Part shown: in pieces, positions 18,617 to 26,347 of the stretch
Numbering within the stretch: the stretch's first letter is position 1
Layout: every line of letters starts with the position of its first letter
NCBI GenBank assembly: GCA_963613915.1
Contig: CAVEBK010000003.1
Span: 1,702 to 65,701 of the forward strand
DNA from: an uncultured Collinsella sp.
Lineage (GTDB): Bacteria > Spirochaetota > Spirochaetia > Treponematales > Treponemataceae
Length of the DNA: 64,000 bases
Direction of reading: 5' to 3'
Notes under the pieces: model-generated
Databases searched by the model: none
The model's input: only the letters and a program-made list of their open reading frames with translations
What the model was told of the DNA's origin: nothing
Translations under genes and position numbers: made by a program

Positions 18617-20398
18617 CTATTCCTCCATAAGCCAGGTTCTTATTAACATTGCAACATCTTCAGGATGTTCTTTTGCCATTGCAATTGCATTTTCCTGCAA
18701 TTCGGCACGCTTACGCTCTTCGACAGACATTGTAACGTCCTGCATTCCATCCTGTTTTGCTTCCCACAGTGCCTTTTCGCGTTCTGCCTGCTGTCTGCGT
18801 AAAATTTCTTCTTCGCGCAGCCTTCTTCTGCGCTCCATTTCGCGGCTTACAAAGCGGAAAATTATAAAAGTAACAAGGACAACGGCAACTGCAGCTAAAG
18901 ACAGAAGAATTGTCTTTCTTGTTTCTTCTTTCTTAAAATACTTTTCTTCTTCTATTTCCCAGTCTTTATCACGAGGAATACCAAAACTTGTAGCCGATAC
19001 GGAATCCCCGCGGGCCTTAGAGAATGCAATTGCATTTTTTATAAGGTTCGTAATGTCTTCCAGTACGCTCTGGCTGACCGGATGATAAACCCTAAAGAAC
19101 CGTCCGATTGCAATGCGGGCGTTATCAAGGTCAATTCCATTTGTCTGGCAGTATTCTTTCCATGCAGCAATGTTTTCGTCCGTAATAACGATTGGTTTTC
19201 TGTTTTTATCGAGAATTGTTTCCCAGTAACCGTCAATGTTTACAGAAGCTGTAATTCTTAAAAGCTTGCTGTTCTGGATTGTATGTCTCTGCTCTGTATT
19301 AACAACGTTATTCTGAGTAACGCCGGTTTCTACAGACTTTCCGATTGTATTCGACATATCAGAATAAACAGGCGGATTCTGACCTTCAACTCCGGCAGGT
19401 CCTTCCGGATTGTAACCTGTTCCAGTCCATTCCTTTGTTACTGTCTGCTGAGAAATAGGCAGAAAGTCTCTTGTTTCTGTCGTATCATAAGGCTTATCAG
19501 GATCCTGTCCCTTAATTTCGATCGGGGTATGAATTGTCTGTTCCCGGGTTACAAGGCTCATGTCCTTTTCTATTTTTATGTTAAGGTCGCGGACACGGTC
19601 ATAACCGTTAAAGTTTTTCTGAAGCATTTCAAGAACTTTTTTCTTTAATTCTGCTTCTTCCTTGGAAATTATTTTTGATTCTTTCTGAATATTGTCCAGG
19701 CGGTCACTTTCTGCAAGGCTTTCAAAATCGTTTAAAACGTTGCCGTAATTATCCTGCAAGGTTAAATTTTCAGCAGTAAGGCCAACAACTGAACGAAGGA
19801 TTAAATCCTGCAAGCCTTTTAACTGCTTGCGGTTTTCCGGCATTGTGCTGTTCGGCTTAAAAGTAACGGTAACAGAAGCTGTTACTGGTTTCTGGTCGCT
19901 GCTGAAAAGTTCTTTTTCAGGAGAAGTAATTACGACATCAGCATTTGCAATATCATCGAGTGAAAGAATATGATTTTTAAGCTGCTTTTGAAGGGCATTC
20001 TTAAGTTTTACATTGCGTTCAAAATCGGTATCTGACCAGCTGCTCTGATTAAAAATATCAAAAGGGTCAATATAAGACGGAACTACGCCATCGCGGATAA
20101 GGCTGCTCTTTATTTTTTCAGCAGTCTTGCTGTCGCTTACAATAATAAGACCGTTTTCTACCCTGTAGTCAACATTATCGAGATCTAAGTGCTGAGTAAC
20201 GGCATCAAGATCTGTTTCATCGCGAAACGGAGTTTTAAAAAGCGCAACCCCCGTCGGAGCACTGCTGACTCTGAACATTGCAACAACGGCAATAATTACA
20301 AGGACTACAATTCCGGCAAAAATTCCTTTCTGAACAGGTTTCCATTTTGCCCAAAGTTCCTTTATTTTAGACGGCATCTGTTTAAGCCATTCGATCAT
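18617..20398 (-). CDS. fliF: flagellar M-ring protein FliF
   Basis: 593 aa with N- and C-terminal TM segments and a YscJ/FliF domain. Sits upstream of fliG. Confidence 0.95.
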   Translation of the reverse strand: MIEWLKQMPSKIKELWAKWKPVQKGIFAGIVVLVIIAVVAMFRVSSAPTGVALFKTPFRDETDLDAVTQHLDLDNVDYRVENGLIIVSDSKTAEKIKSSLIRDGVVPSYIDPFDIFNQSSWSDTDFERNVKLKNALQKQLKNHILSLDDIANADVVITSPEKELFSSDQKPVTASVTVTFKPNSTMPENRKQLKGLQDLILRSVVGLTAENLTLQDNYGNVLNDFESLAESDRLDNIQKESKIISKEEAELKKKVLEMLQKNFNGYDRVRDLNIKIEKDMSLVTREQTIHTPIEIKGQDPDKPYDTTETRDFLPISQQTVTKEWTGTGYNPEGPAGVEGQNPPVYSDMSNTIGKSVETGVTQNNVVNTEQRHTIQNSKLLRITASVNIDGYWETILDKNRKPIVITDENIAAWKEYCQTNGIDLDNARIAIGRFFRVYHPVSQSVLEDITNLIKNAIAFSKARGDSVSATSFGIPRDKDWEIEEEKYFKKEETRKTILLSLAAVAVVLVTFIIFRFVSREMERRRRLREEEILRRQQAEREKALWEAKQDGMQDVTMSVEERKRAELQENAIAMAKEHPEDVAMLIRTWLMEE

Positions 20399-20471
20399 CT
20401 GACCCCTCCCGTGACCGAAATCCTAAAAAAATTCATTTTTATAATAACATTTTTATTTTTCAAAGAAAAGC

Positions 20472-20819
20472 CTAGCGGGTTGTCTGCAATTCTGACCAGC
20501 CGGTAACCAAGCGGTCAATAACAGTCTGAGCAAGAGTCAAAGACATCTGGGCCTTTGCCATTGCAGTTGTAACGTCGTGAATATCAACAGAATCAGGATC
20601 CGTAATCAGTTTATCCTGAATTTTAGAAACATTGAGCTGCTGTTCGTTCACGCCGTTTACAGCTTCGAGAATAAAAGATTCAAAAGTTCCAGTTTTTTTA
20701 TTTTCTGTTTTAATCTGTGAATTTTGTTCTGTAAAAAGATTTGAAAGCGGAGCTGTGCCCGAATGAGCTGCGTGTGTACGAGTCATTTCCGGTGCACTCA
20801 TAATCTGCATAACGTTCAT
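20472..20819 (-). CDS. fliE: flagellar hook-basal body complex protein FliE
   Basis: 115 aa, C-terminal ..AMAKAQMSLTLAQTVIDRLVTGWSELQ. Position before fliF. Confidence 0.85.
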   Translation of the reverse strand: MNVMQIMSAPEMTRTHAAHSGTAPLSNLFTEQNSQIKTENKKTGTFESFILEAVNGVNEQQLNVSKIQDKLITDPDSVDIHDVTTAMAKAQMSLTLAQTVIDRLVTGWSELQTTR

Positions 20820-20853
20820 CTAAATTATCCCCCTTGTAAATTCCCACATAAAA

Positions 20854-20882
20854 ATTTTAACCTAATTGAATTTTCTTGTCTA
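20854..20882 (-). promoter_or_regulatory. sigma70-like promoter candidate upstream of fliE (TAGACA-17-TAAAAT)
   Basis: Read on the minus strand: tagaca-agaaaattcaattaggt-taaaat. An AGGGGGA Shine-Dalgarno follows before the fliE ATG. Confidence 0.35.
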
Positions 20883-20971
20883 TAAAAAACAGATTCTAAA
20901 AAAACACTTACGTTAAATTTTGTCTGGAATATAAAAGTAAAGTTCAAATTTTATGATTTTTATGGGCGTAT

Positions 20972-21071
20972 CTTTGCACAGGTGCAAAGACCACGCTTTT
21001 CGTGGCTGCGGCGTCAACGCGCCTCCGGTGCTGCGCACCCGCTTACGCGGCCACTACAATCGTTTACGCAG
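20972..21071 (+). repeat. GC-rich structured intergenic element, copy R3, inserted between flgC and fliE
   Basis: Hairpin tttgcac/gtgcaaa, accacgcttttcgtggctgcggc, gcgcctccggtgc, cttacgcggccactacaatcg. Confidence 0.8.
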
Positions 21072-21085
21072 TAAAAAAATTAAGC

Positions 21086-21547
21086 TCAGGCTCTGCCGAT
21101 TTCCAGTGCAGCAGAAAACATATCTTTTGAGCCCTGGATTACAGTAGAATTTGCTTCGTAAGCACGGCTGGCAGAAATTAAATCAACCATTTCGTTTACG
21201 ATATTTACATTAGGATATTCAACATAGCCTTTATTAGGTCCCGACTGAATTGCATCGGCATTTGTAGGATCCCAGACCATACGTCCCTGGCTTGTATCTT
21301 TTACGATTTCCTTTACGCGCACGCCAAGTCCAGGTCCATTGTCCTGGTCAGCACTTACAAAAGGACTTCTCCAGGTCGGATGTTTAGAAGAAACTGCTTC
21401 GAGAACAACAGAAGATTTTTTAAAGGCACCGCCTTCCGGAGTGCGGGTTGTAGAAACATTCGCAATGTTATTGGAAATAACATCTGTGCGTAAGCGTTCT
21501 GCGCTCATTCCAGTTGCTGCAATATTTATTGAAGTAAACATTCCCAT
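21086..21547 (-). CDS. flgC: flagellar basal-body rod protein FlgC
   Basis: N-terminal ..SGMSAERLRTDVISNNIANV.. and C-terminal rod-family motifs. Confidence 0.95.
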   Translation of the reverse strand: MGMFTSINIAATGMSAERLRTDVISNNIANVSTTRTPEGGAFKKSSVVLEAVSSKHPTWRSPFVSADQDNGPGLGVRVKEIVKDTSQGRMVWDPTNADAIQSGPNKGYVEYPNVNIVNEMVDLISASRAYEANSTVIQGSKDMFSAALEIGRA

Positions 21548-21571
21548 AATTAAACTCCTGCTAAAAAATCA

Positions 21572-21988
21572 CTACTTGCGCATTGCAAGTTTTACCTGAC
21601 TGAATTCAAAATTCTGCATCTGGGTTAAAAGTCTGTAGTTCATTTGAATTTTAAGGATATTCATTGCTTCGTATTCTGCATCAACATTGTTGCCGTTTGC
21701 TTTTGCAGTTGTCTGATAATCTGTTACACGGCGAGGTTCAACTTCTTTCCAGTCGTAAGGTTCGTTTAAAGCAATATGACGTTCGTCTGTGCGGGTAAGT
21801 TCCATGCGGTGGGCCGTATCATTTTCGCTTTCAAAAGCGCGCTTTAATTCACTTTCGAAATTTACAGTCTGCCGCTTGAAATTCGGAACTTCAGCCATTG
21901 CGATATTGTTTGCTGTAACCTGATAGCGCAGTGAACTTACATCCATTGCGCGCTGTAAAAGTTCAACCGAACGTGTAAAAGTATTCAT
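21572..21988 (-). CDS. flgB: flagellar basal-body rod protein FlgB
   Basis: Rod-protein N-terminal motif (LRYQVTANNIAMAEVPNFKRQ). First gene of the cluster. Confidence 0.9.
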   Translation of the reverse strand: MNTFTRSVELLQRAMDVSSLRYQVTANNIAMAEVPNFKRQTVNFESELKRAFESENDTAHRMELTRTDERHIALNEPYDWKEVEPRRVTDYQTTAKANGNNVDAEYEAMNILKIQMNYRLLTQMQNFEFSQVKLAMRK

Positions 21989-21995
21989 ACTTAAA

Positions 21996-22021
21996 TTATC
22001 GGATTACAAAAATTGAATTTA
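21996..22021 (-). promoter_or_regulatory. sigma28-like promoter candidate (TAAA-N14-TCCGATAA) 7 nt upstream of the flgB ATG
   Basis: Minus strand reads TAAAttcaatttttgtaaTCCGATAAtttaagtATG. The consensus I compare with is TAAA-N15-GCCGATAA. Confidence 0.35.
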
Positions 22022-22054
22022 AGGATTTTTTTGAATAAAATTAATTTCAAGGAA

Positions 22055-22197
22055 ATGTCGAATTTCACTAAAACACTTCAAATAGCCTCTCGTCGAGAAC
22101 CTGCCAGCAAGCCGCATGCTTCGCTTCGCTCAGAATGCGTTTGTGTCAGAACCTCTCCTACGGCTATTTGACATTCTTCATAAAACAAATTCGACAT
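22055..22197 (+). repeat. MITE-like palindromic element, copy A1 (143 bp)
   Basis: Termini ATGTCGAATTT..AAATTCGACAT. Arms AAATAGCCTCTCGTCGAGAACCTGCCAGCAAGCCGCA..TGCGTTTGTGTCAGAACCTCTCCTACGGCTATTT. Confidence 0.8.
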
Positions 22198-22246
22198 TCA
22201 TTCATATTATTTAGTTTATAAAAACTTCAATATTTCACAAATTCAC

Positions 22247-22996
22247 TTAATTCGAGTTGAATCTTTTTAAAAATTCCTTCATACGGTCTGTTTTCGGGTT
22301 GTTTATGATTTCTTTTGGTTCGCCCTGCTCTACGATTGCACCGTTATCGAGAAAAATCAGTTTATCGCTAATGTCGCGGGCAAAGGCCATTTCGTGAGTT
22401 ACGACAATCATCGTCATTTTTTCGCTGGCAAGGTCGCGGATAATTTTTAGGATTTCGCCTGTAAGTTCAGGGTCTAAGGCACTTGTCGGTTCGTCAAAAA
22501 GCATGATTTCAGGTTTTAACGCAAGTGAACGGGCAATGCTTACGCGCTGCTGCTGACCGCCGGAAAGTTCACACGGATAATGAGATTCTTTTCCGCTGAG
22601 GCCGATGCGTTTTATCAAAGCCATGGCGTTTTGAGCTGCTTCGTCTTTTGAAATTTTTAAAACAGAAACCTGAGGATCTACAATATTTTTTAAAACTGAA
22701 TAATGAGGAAAAAGATTAAAATTCTGAAAGACAAAACCAAGGTTAAGGGCAATTTTCTGTCTTGTGTTCCTGTCTGCATAAACTCCGTCAGCTACAAGTC
22801 TTTGACCGCAGATTTCAATAGTTCCGCCCTGGACTGTCTCAAGCTGTGCAATGGAACGCAAAAGAGTTGACTTTCCGGAACCTGAAGGTCCGATAATGCC
22901 CAGGACTTCACCTTTTTCTATTTCAAAAGAAATATCATTAAAAACATTTACGTCGTCAAAACTTTTTTTCAGATTTTTTACGGAAATTATAGACAT
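22247..22996 (-). CDS. amino acid ABC transporter ATP-binding protein
   Basis: GPSGSGKST, LSGGQQQR and a polar amino acid transporter-type ATPase. Confidence 0.9.
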   Translation of the reverse strand: MSIISVKNLKKSFDDVNVFNDISFEIEKGEVLGIIGPSGSGKSTLLRSIAQLETVQGGTIEICGQRLVADGVYADRNTRQKIALNLGFVFQNFNLFPHYSVLKNIVDPQVSVLKISKDEAAQNAMALIKRIGLSGKESHYPCELSGGQQQRVSIARSLALKPEIMLFDEPTSALDPELTGEILKIIRDLASEKMTMIVVTHEMAFARDISDKLIFLDNGAIVEQGEPKEIINNPKTDRMKEFLKRFNSN

Positions 22997-23017
22997 CTTG
23001 CAGTTCCTTAAAGTTTT

Positions 23018-23653
23018 TTAGCGGTAATAATCTAATTTTTTTTCTAACTGAATAAAAAAGACTGTAACAAGCCAGTTCATTACAAAGTAAAAAATTCCTG
23101 CAATAAAAATCGGAGTTGTGCTGAAGAGACGGCTTGAATGAGTCTGGGCTGTCCTTAAAAGTTCTACAACTCCAATAACGCTTACAAGGGCAGTGTCTTT
23201 TACAAGGGTAATTACTTCGTTACCGATCGGTGGAACTATTTTTTTTACAACCTGGGGAAGGACTATCTTAAAAAATGTCTGAACCTTTGTGTAGCCTAAA
23301 ACTTTTGCAGCTTCGTACTGTCCTGCAGGAATTGACTGCAGGCCGCCACGATAGATTTCTGCAAAATAGCAGGCATAATTTACGGAAAGTGCAACGATTG
23401 CAGCTGTAAAACGGTTCCAGGAAAGCCTGAAAAGGTAGAAAGGACCAAAATAAACTACAATCAATTGCAGCATGAGCGGAGTTCCGCGGATTATGAGCAA
23501 AAATGCATTAGCCAGCATTGACAGCGGTTTTATTTTTGACATGCGCGCCATTGTAATCGGCAGGGCAAGAGGAATTGAAAAAATCAGTGTCAGAAAAAAA
23601 ACTTCAATCGTAACTACGCTCGACTGAAGCATTGTTAAAATCATTTTTGCCAT
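23018..23653 (-). CDS. amino acid ABC transporter permease
   Basis: His/Glu/Gln/Arg-type permease with an EAA-like motif (EAAKVLGYTKVQTFFKIVLPQ). Confidence 0.9.
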   Translation of the reverse strand: MAKMILTMLQSSVVTIEVFFLTLIFSIPLALPITMARMSKIKPLSMLANAFLLIIRGTPLMLQLIVVYFGPFYLFRLSWNRFTAAIVALSVNYACYFAEIYRGGLQSIPAGQYEAAKVLGYTKVQTFFKIVLPQVVKKIVPPIGNEVITLVKDTALVSVIGVVELLRTAQTHSSRLFSTTPIFIAGIFYFVMNWLVTVFFIQLEKKLDYYR

Positions 23654-23674
23654 AATCTTTTTATAAAAAAATCA

Positions 23675-23881
23675 ATGGAATTTTAATTTCCTGAAAAAAA
23701 ATCAAACAGCCTCTCGCAGGGAACCTTGATAAAGAAAATGCCTTCCTGTCATTTTCTTTATCGCAAAAACTTTTTAAGTTTTTGCCCGTCTGTATCCGCC
23801 ATCCGTGGCGGTCATTACTGCAGTTTTTGGAACAGAACCCCGGCTACGGCTATTTGACAATTTTTATAAACTAAATTCCAT
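23675..23881 (+). repeat. MITE-like element, expanded copy A4, inside the ABC transporter operon
   Basis: Termini ATGGAATTT..AAATTCCAT and arms aaacagcctctcgc..ccggctacggctatttgaca. The core carries three hairpins: a 13-bp stem gataaagaaaatg/cattttctttatc, gcaaaaactt/aagtttttgc, and ccgcc-atccgt-ggcgg. Confidence 0.75.
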
Positions 23882-23908
23882 ATGTAATTATTAAAAACTC
23901 AAAATCCG

Positions 23909-24715
23909 TTAGTTTTTACCAATTGAAGTAATGTCAGAACCGAACCATTTTGCAGAAATCTTTTCTACTGTTCCGTCTTTGTACATTGCTTCAAGTGTCT
24001 GCTGAACTGCATCTGTAAGTTTTACGTCGTTCTTGCGGAATGCAATTCCATATTCTTCCGGAGAAAGCTGTTCTTCGAGGACAACGAACGGTTTATCAGA
24101 TGTTGCAATTGCATAGTTTGCAACGATGAGATCCATTACAACGCCGTCAACTCCGCCAACTTCAAGGTCGTTAAGAGCCATAATGTTGTCTTTAAACTCA
24201 ATTACAGATTTTACAGAACTCTTAAACTCCGTTGCAGCTTCAAGGGCATCTGCCGCAGAAGAACCGGCCTGCAGACCAATGTTCTTGCCGGCAAGGCCTG
24301 CAAGATTTTTAATACCGGAATTCTGGCGGACAACTAAAACCTGGGCATTCTTTAAATAAGGCTTGGAAAAAGAAAGTGCATTTTTTCTTTCTTCTGTGAT
24401 TGTAAGGCCGTTCCAGATGCAGTCAACGTTTCCGGTTGCAAGTTCCTGCTCTTTTGAATCCCAGTTAATCGGCTGGGCACGGAATTTTACGCCAAGACGC
24501 AAAGCAACTTCTTTTGCAAGGTCAATGTCAAAACCTACGATTTCGTTTGAATCATCTCTAAAGCCCATTGGCGGGAAAGAATCATCGAGACCAAGGATAA
24601 ATTCTCCACGGCTTTTTAAAGCTTCGAGGGAATTATCTTCTGCTGTTTTTTTTGAACAGCCTGAGAGCATTGCAACAGCTAAGGCAAATGCAAGAACAAC
24701 AAACGTTTTTTTCAT
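23909..24715 (-). CDS. amino acid ABC transporter substrate-binding lipoprotein
   Basis: Start moved to ATG 24715 (MKKTFVVLAFALAVAMLSGCSKK, signal peptide plus lipobox). Family 3 solute-binding fold. Confidence 0.9.
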   Translation of the reverse strand: MKKTFVVLAFALAVAMLSGCSKKTAEDNSLEALKSRGEFILGLDDSFPPMGFRDDSNEIVGFDIDLAKEVALRLGVKFRAQPINWDSKEQELATGNVDCIWNGLTITEERKNALSFSKPYLKNAQVLVVRQNSGIKNLAGLAGKNIGLQAGSSAADALEAATEFKSSVKSVIEFKDNIMALNDLEVGGVDGVVMDLIVANYAIATSDKPFVVLEEQLSPEEYGIAFRKNDVKLTDAVQQTLEAMYKDGTVEKISAKWFGSDITSIGKN

Positions 24716-24747
24716 ATTTTTACTCCAAAATAAAAATTTATACTTTG

Positions 24748-24852
24748 TACGCGTTAGGGGGTGGAGCACCGGCAACGCCGTTCGCGTAAGCGAATGAAGC
24801 GGATAGCGCAAGTGCGGAACACCCGACGGCAGTTTACTGCCGGAACGCCCGT
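24748..24852 (-). repeat. GC-rich structured intergenic element, copy R12
   Basis: The reverse complement reads cgggcgttccggcag-taaa-ctgccgtcgggtgttccgc..ccgcttcattcgc, matching the copies at 33583 and 46866. Confidence 0.7.
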
Positions 24853-24855
24853 AAA

Positions 24856-26283
24856 TTAACACTTTCCATTACAAAAGGAAAGAAGTTTTTTAATCTGTGC
24901 TTCTGTCTGTTCAGGGCTCGGACCGCCTGTCGTTTTTCTTGCACGCATGCAGGCTTCGGGCGTAATTTTTTCAAAAAGATCGGCTTCAAAAAGCGGACTT
25001 ATTGCCTTTACTTCTGCAAGCGTAAGTTCTTCGATAGCATTTCGGCCTGTATCAATTGCAAGACGAACACACTGAGCTGCAAGAGAATGAGCCGTTCTGA
25101 AAGGAATTCCCTTACAGACAAGATAGTCGGCAACATCGGTAGCATTGGCAAAACCACCTTCGCAGCTTGCTGCCATCTTTTCTTTATTCCATTTTGCACT
25201 GGCAATCATTGCTTCAAAAACAATTATGTTTCCCTGAACACAGTCTAAAGCGTCAAAAAGAGGAGCCTTATCTTCCTGCATGTCGCGGTCATAGCTCATT
25301 GGAAGGGCTTTCATCATTGTAAGAAGGTTTACAAGGTCGCCATAAACCTTGCCTGTGCGTCCGCGGATAAGTTCTGCAAAATCAGGATTTTTTTTCTGAG
25401 GCATGATTGAAGAGCCTGTTGACCATTTTTCGCTCAAATCAATAAAGGCAAACTCTGTAGTTGACCAGTAAACTACTTCTTCACACATGCGGCTTAGGTG
25501 CATTTGAATCAGGGCAAAATCGCCCGTAAATTCAATGCAATAGTCGCGGTCTGCAACGCTGTCCAAAGAATTTTGAGTAACTCCGTCAAAGCCCAAGAGT
25601 TCTGCAACCTTTTCGCGGTTTAACGGAAGGTCAGAACCGGCAAGTGCGCCGCTGCCAAGTGGAGAAAGGGAAACTCTCTTTAAGCTGTCACCAAGACGTT
25701 CATAGTCGCGGACAAGCATCCAAGCCCAGGAACAAAGATGCTGAGCTAGGGTCCCGGGCTGAGCGTGCTGCATGTGGGTGTAGCCTGTTAAAAGCGAAGT
25801 TGTGTGTTTGCTGGCAATATCTGCTAAAGTTTTTATTAAGGAAGCAAGCTGTTTCTGCAGCTCTGGAATTACGCGTCTTAAATAAAGGCGTTCGTCCAGG
25901 GCAATCTGATCATTACGGCTGCGGCCTGTGTGAAGTTTTCTTCCGCTTTCGCCGATTCTGTCTGTCAAAGTTGCTTCGATGAATGAATGAATATCTTCTG
26001 CAGAGTAGTCAATCTGGAGTGCACCAGACTTTAAGTCAGACTCAATTGAATCAAGCCCGGACTGAATCTCGTTATTTTCTTTTTCTGAAATGATTTTCTG
26101 AGAACAAAGCATTGAAGCATGAGCCTTAGAGCCATGAATATCGTCTAAGGCCATGCGTTCATCCACGTGAATGGAAGTCTCAAATTCAACTGCAGCTGCA
26201 TCAGGACCTTCTGCAAAACGTCCGTGCCACAAAGCTGCATGATTATCTTTAGTCATTGTTCCGTGCGATGTATTTTTCTGCAT
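24856..26283 (-). CDS. argH: argininosuccinate lyase
   Basis: Fumarate-lyase signature GSSIMPQKKNPD and N-terminal LWHGRF. The start could instead be Met10 at 26256. Confidence 0.95.
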   Translation of the reverse strand: MQKNTSHGTMTKDNHAALWHGRFAEGPDAAAVEFETSIHVDERMALDDIHGSKAHASMLCSQKIISEKENNEIQSGLDSIESDLKSGALQIDYSAEDIHSFIEATLTDRIGESGRKLHTGRSRNDQIALDERLYLRRVIPELQKQLASLIKTLADIASKHTTSLLTGYTHMQHAQPGTLAQHLCSWAWMLVRDYERLGDSLKRVSLSPLGSGALAGSDLPLNREKVAELLGFDGVTQNSLDSVADRDYCIEFTGDFALIQMHLSRMCEEVVYWSTTEFAFIDLSEKWSTGSSIMPQKKNPDFAELIRGRTGKVYGDLVNLLTMMKALPMSYDRDMQEDKAPLFDALDCVQGNIIVFEAMIASAKWNKEKMAASCEGGFANATDVADYLVCKGIPFRTAHSLAAQCVRLAIDTGRNAIEELTLAEVKAISPLFEADLFEKITPEACMRARKTTGGPSPEQTEAQIKKLLSFCNGKC

Positions 26284-26291
26284 AATCAGCG

Positions 26292-26320
26292 ATTATAATG
26301 ATTTTGCTGTTTATGCTCAA
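26292..26320 (-). promoter_or_regulatory. sigma70-like promoter candidate for argH (TTGAGC-17-TATAAT)
   Basis: Minus strand reads ttgagc-ataaacagcaaaatcat-tataat-cgctgatt-ATG. Only 8 nt separate the -10 from the first ATG. Confidence 0.4.
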
Positions 26321-26347
26321 CGAGGATTTTTTTTTTGCAGACTGCTT

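Noticed and set aside
24716-24862. An N-terminal extension of the binding-protein ORF (start at 24862).
   Set aside because: The extension is encoded by GC-rich element R12. The internal ATG at 24715 gives a canonical lipoprotein signal peptide.
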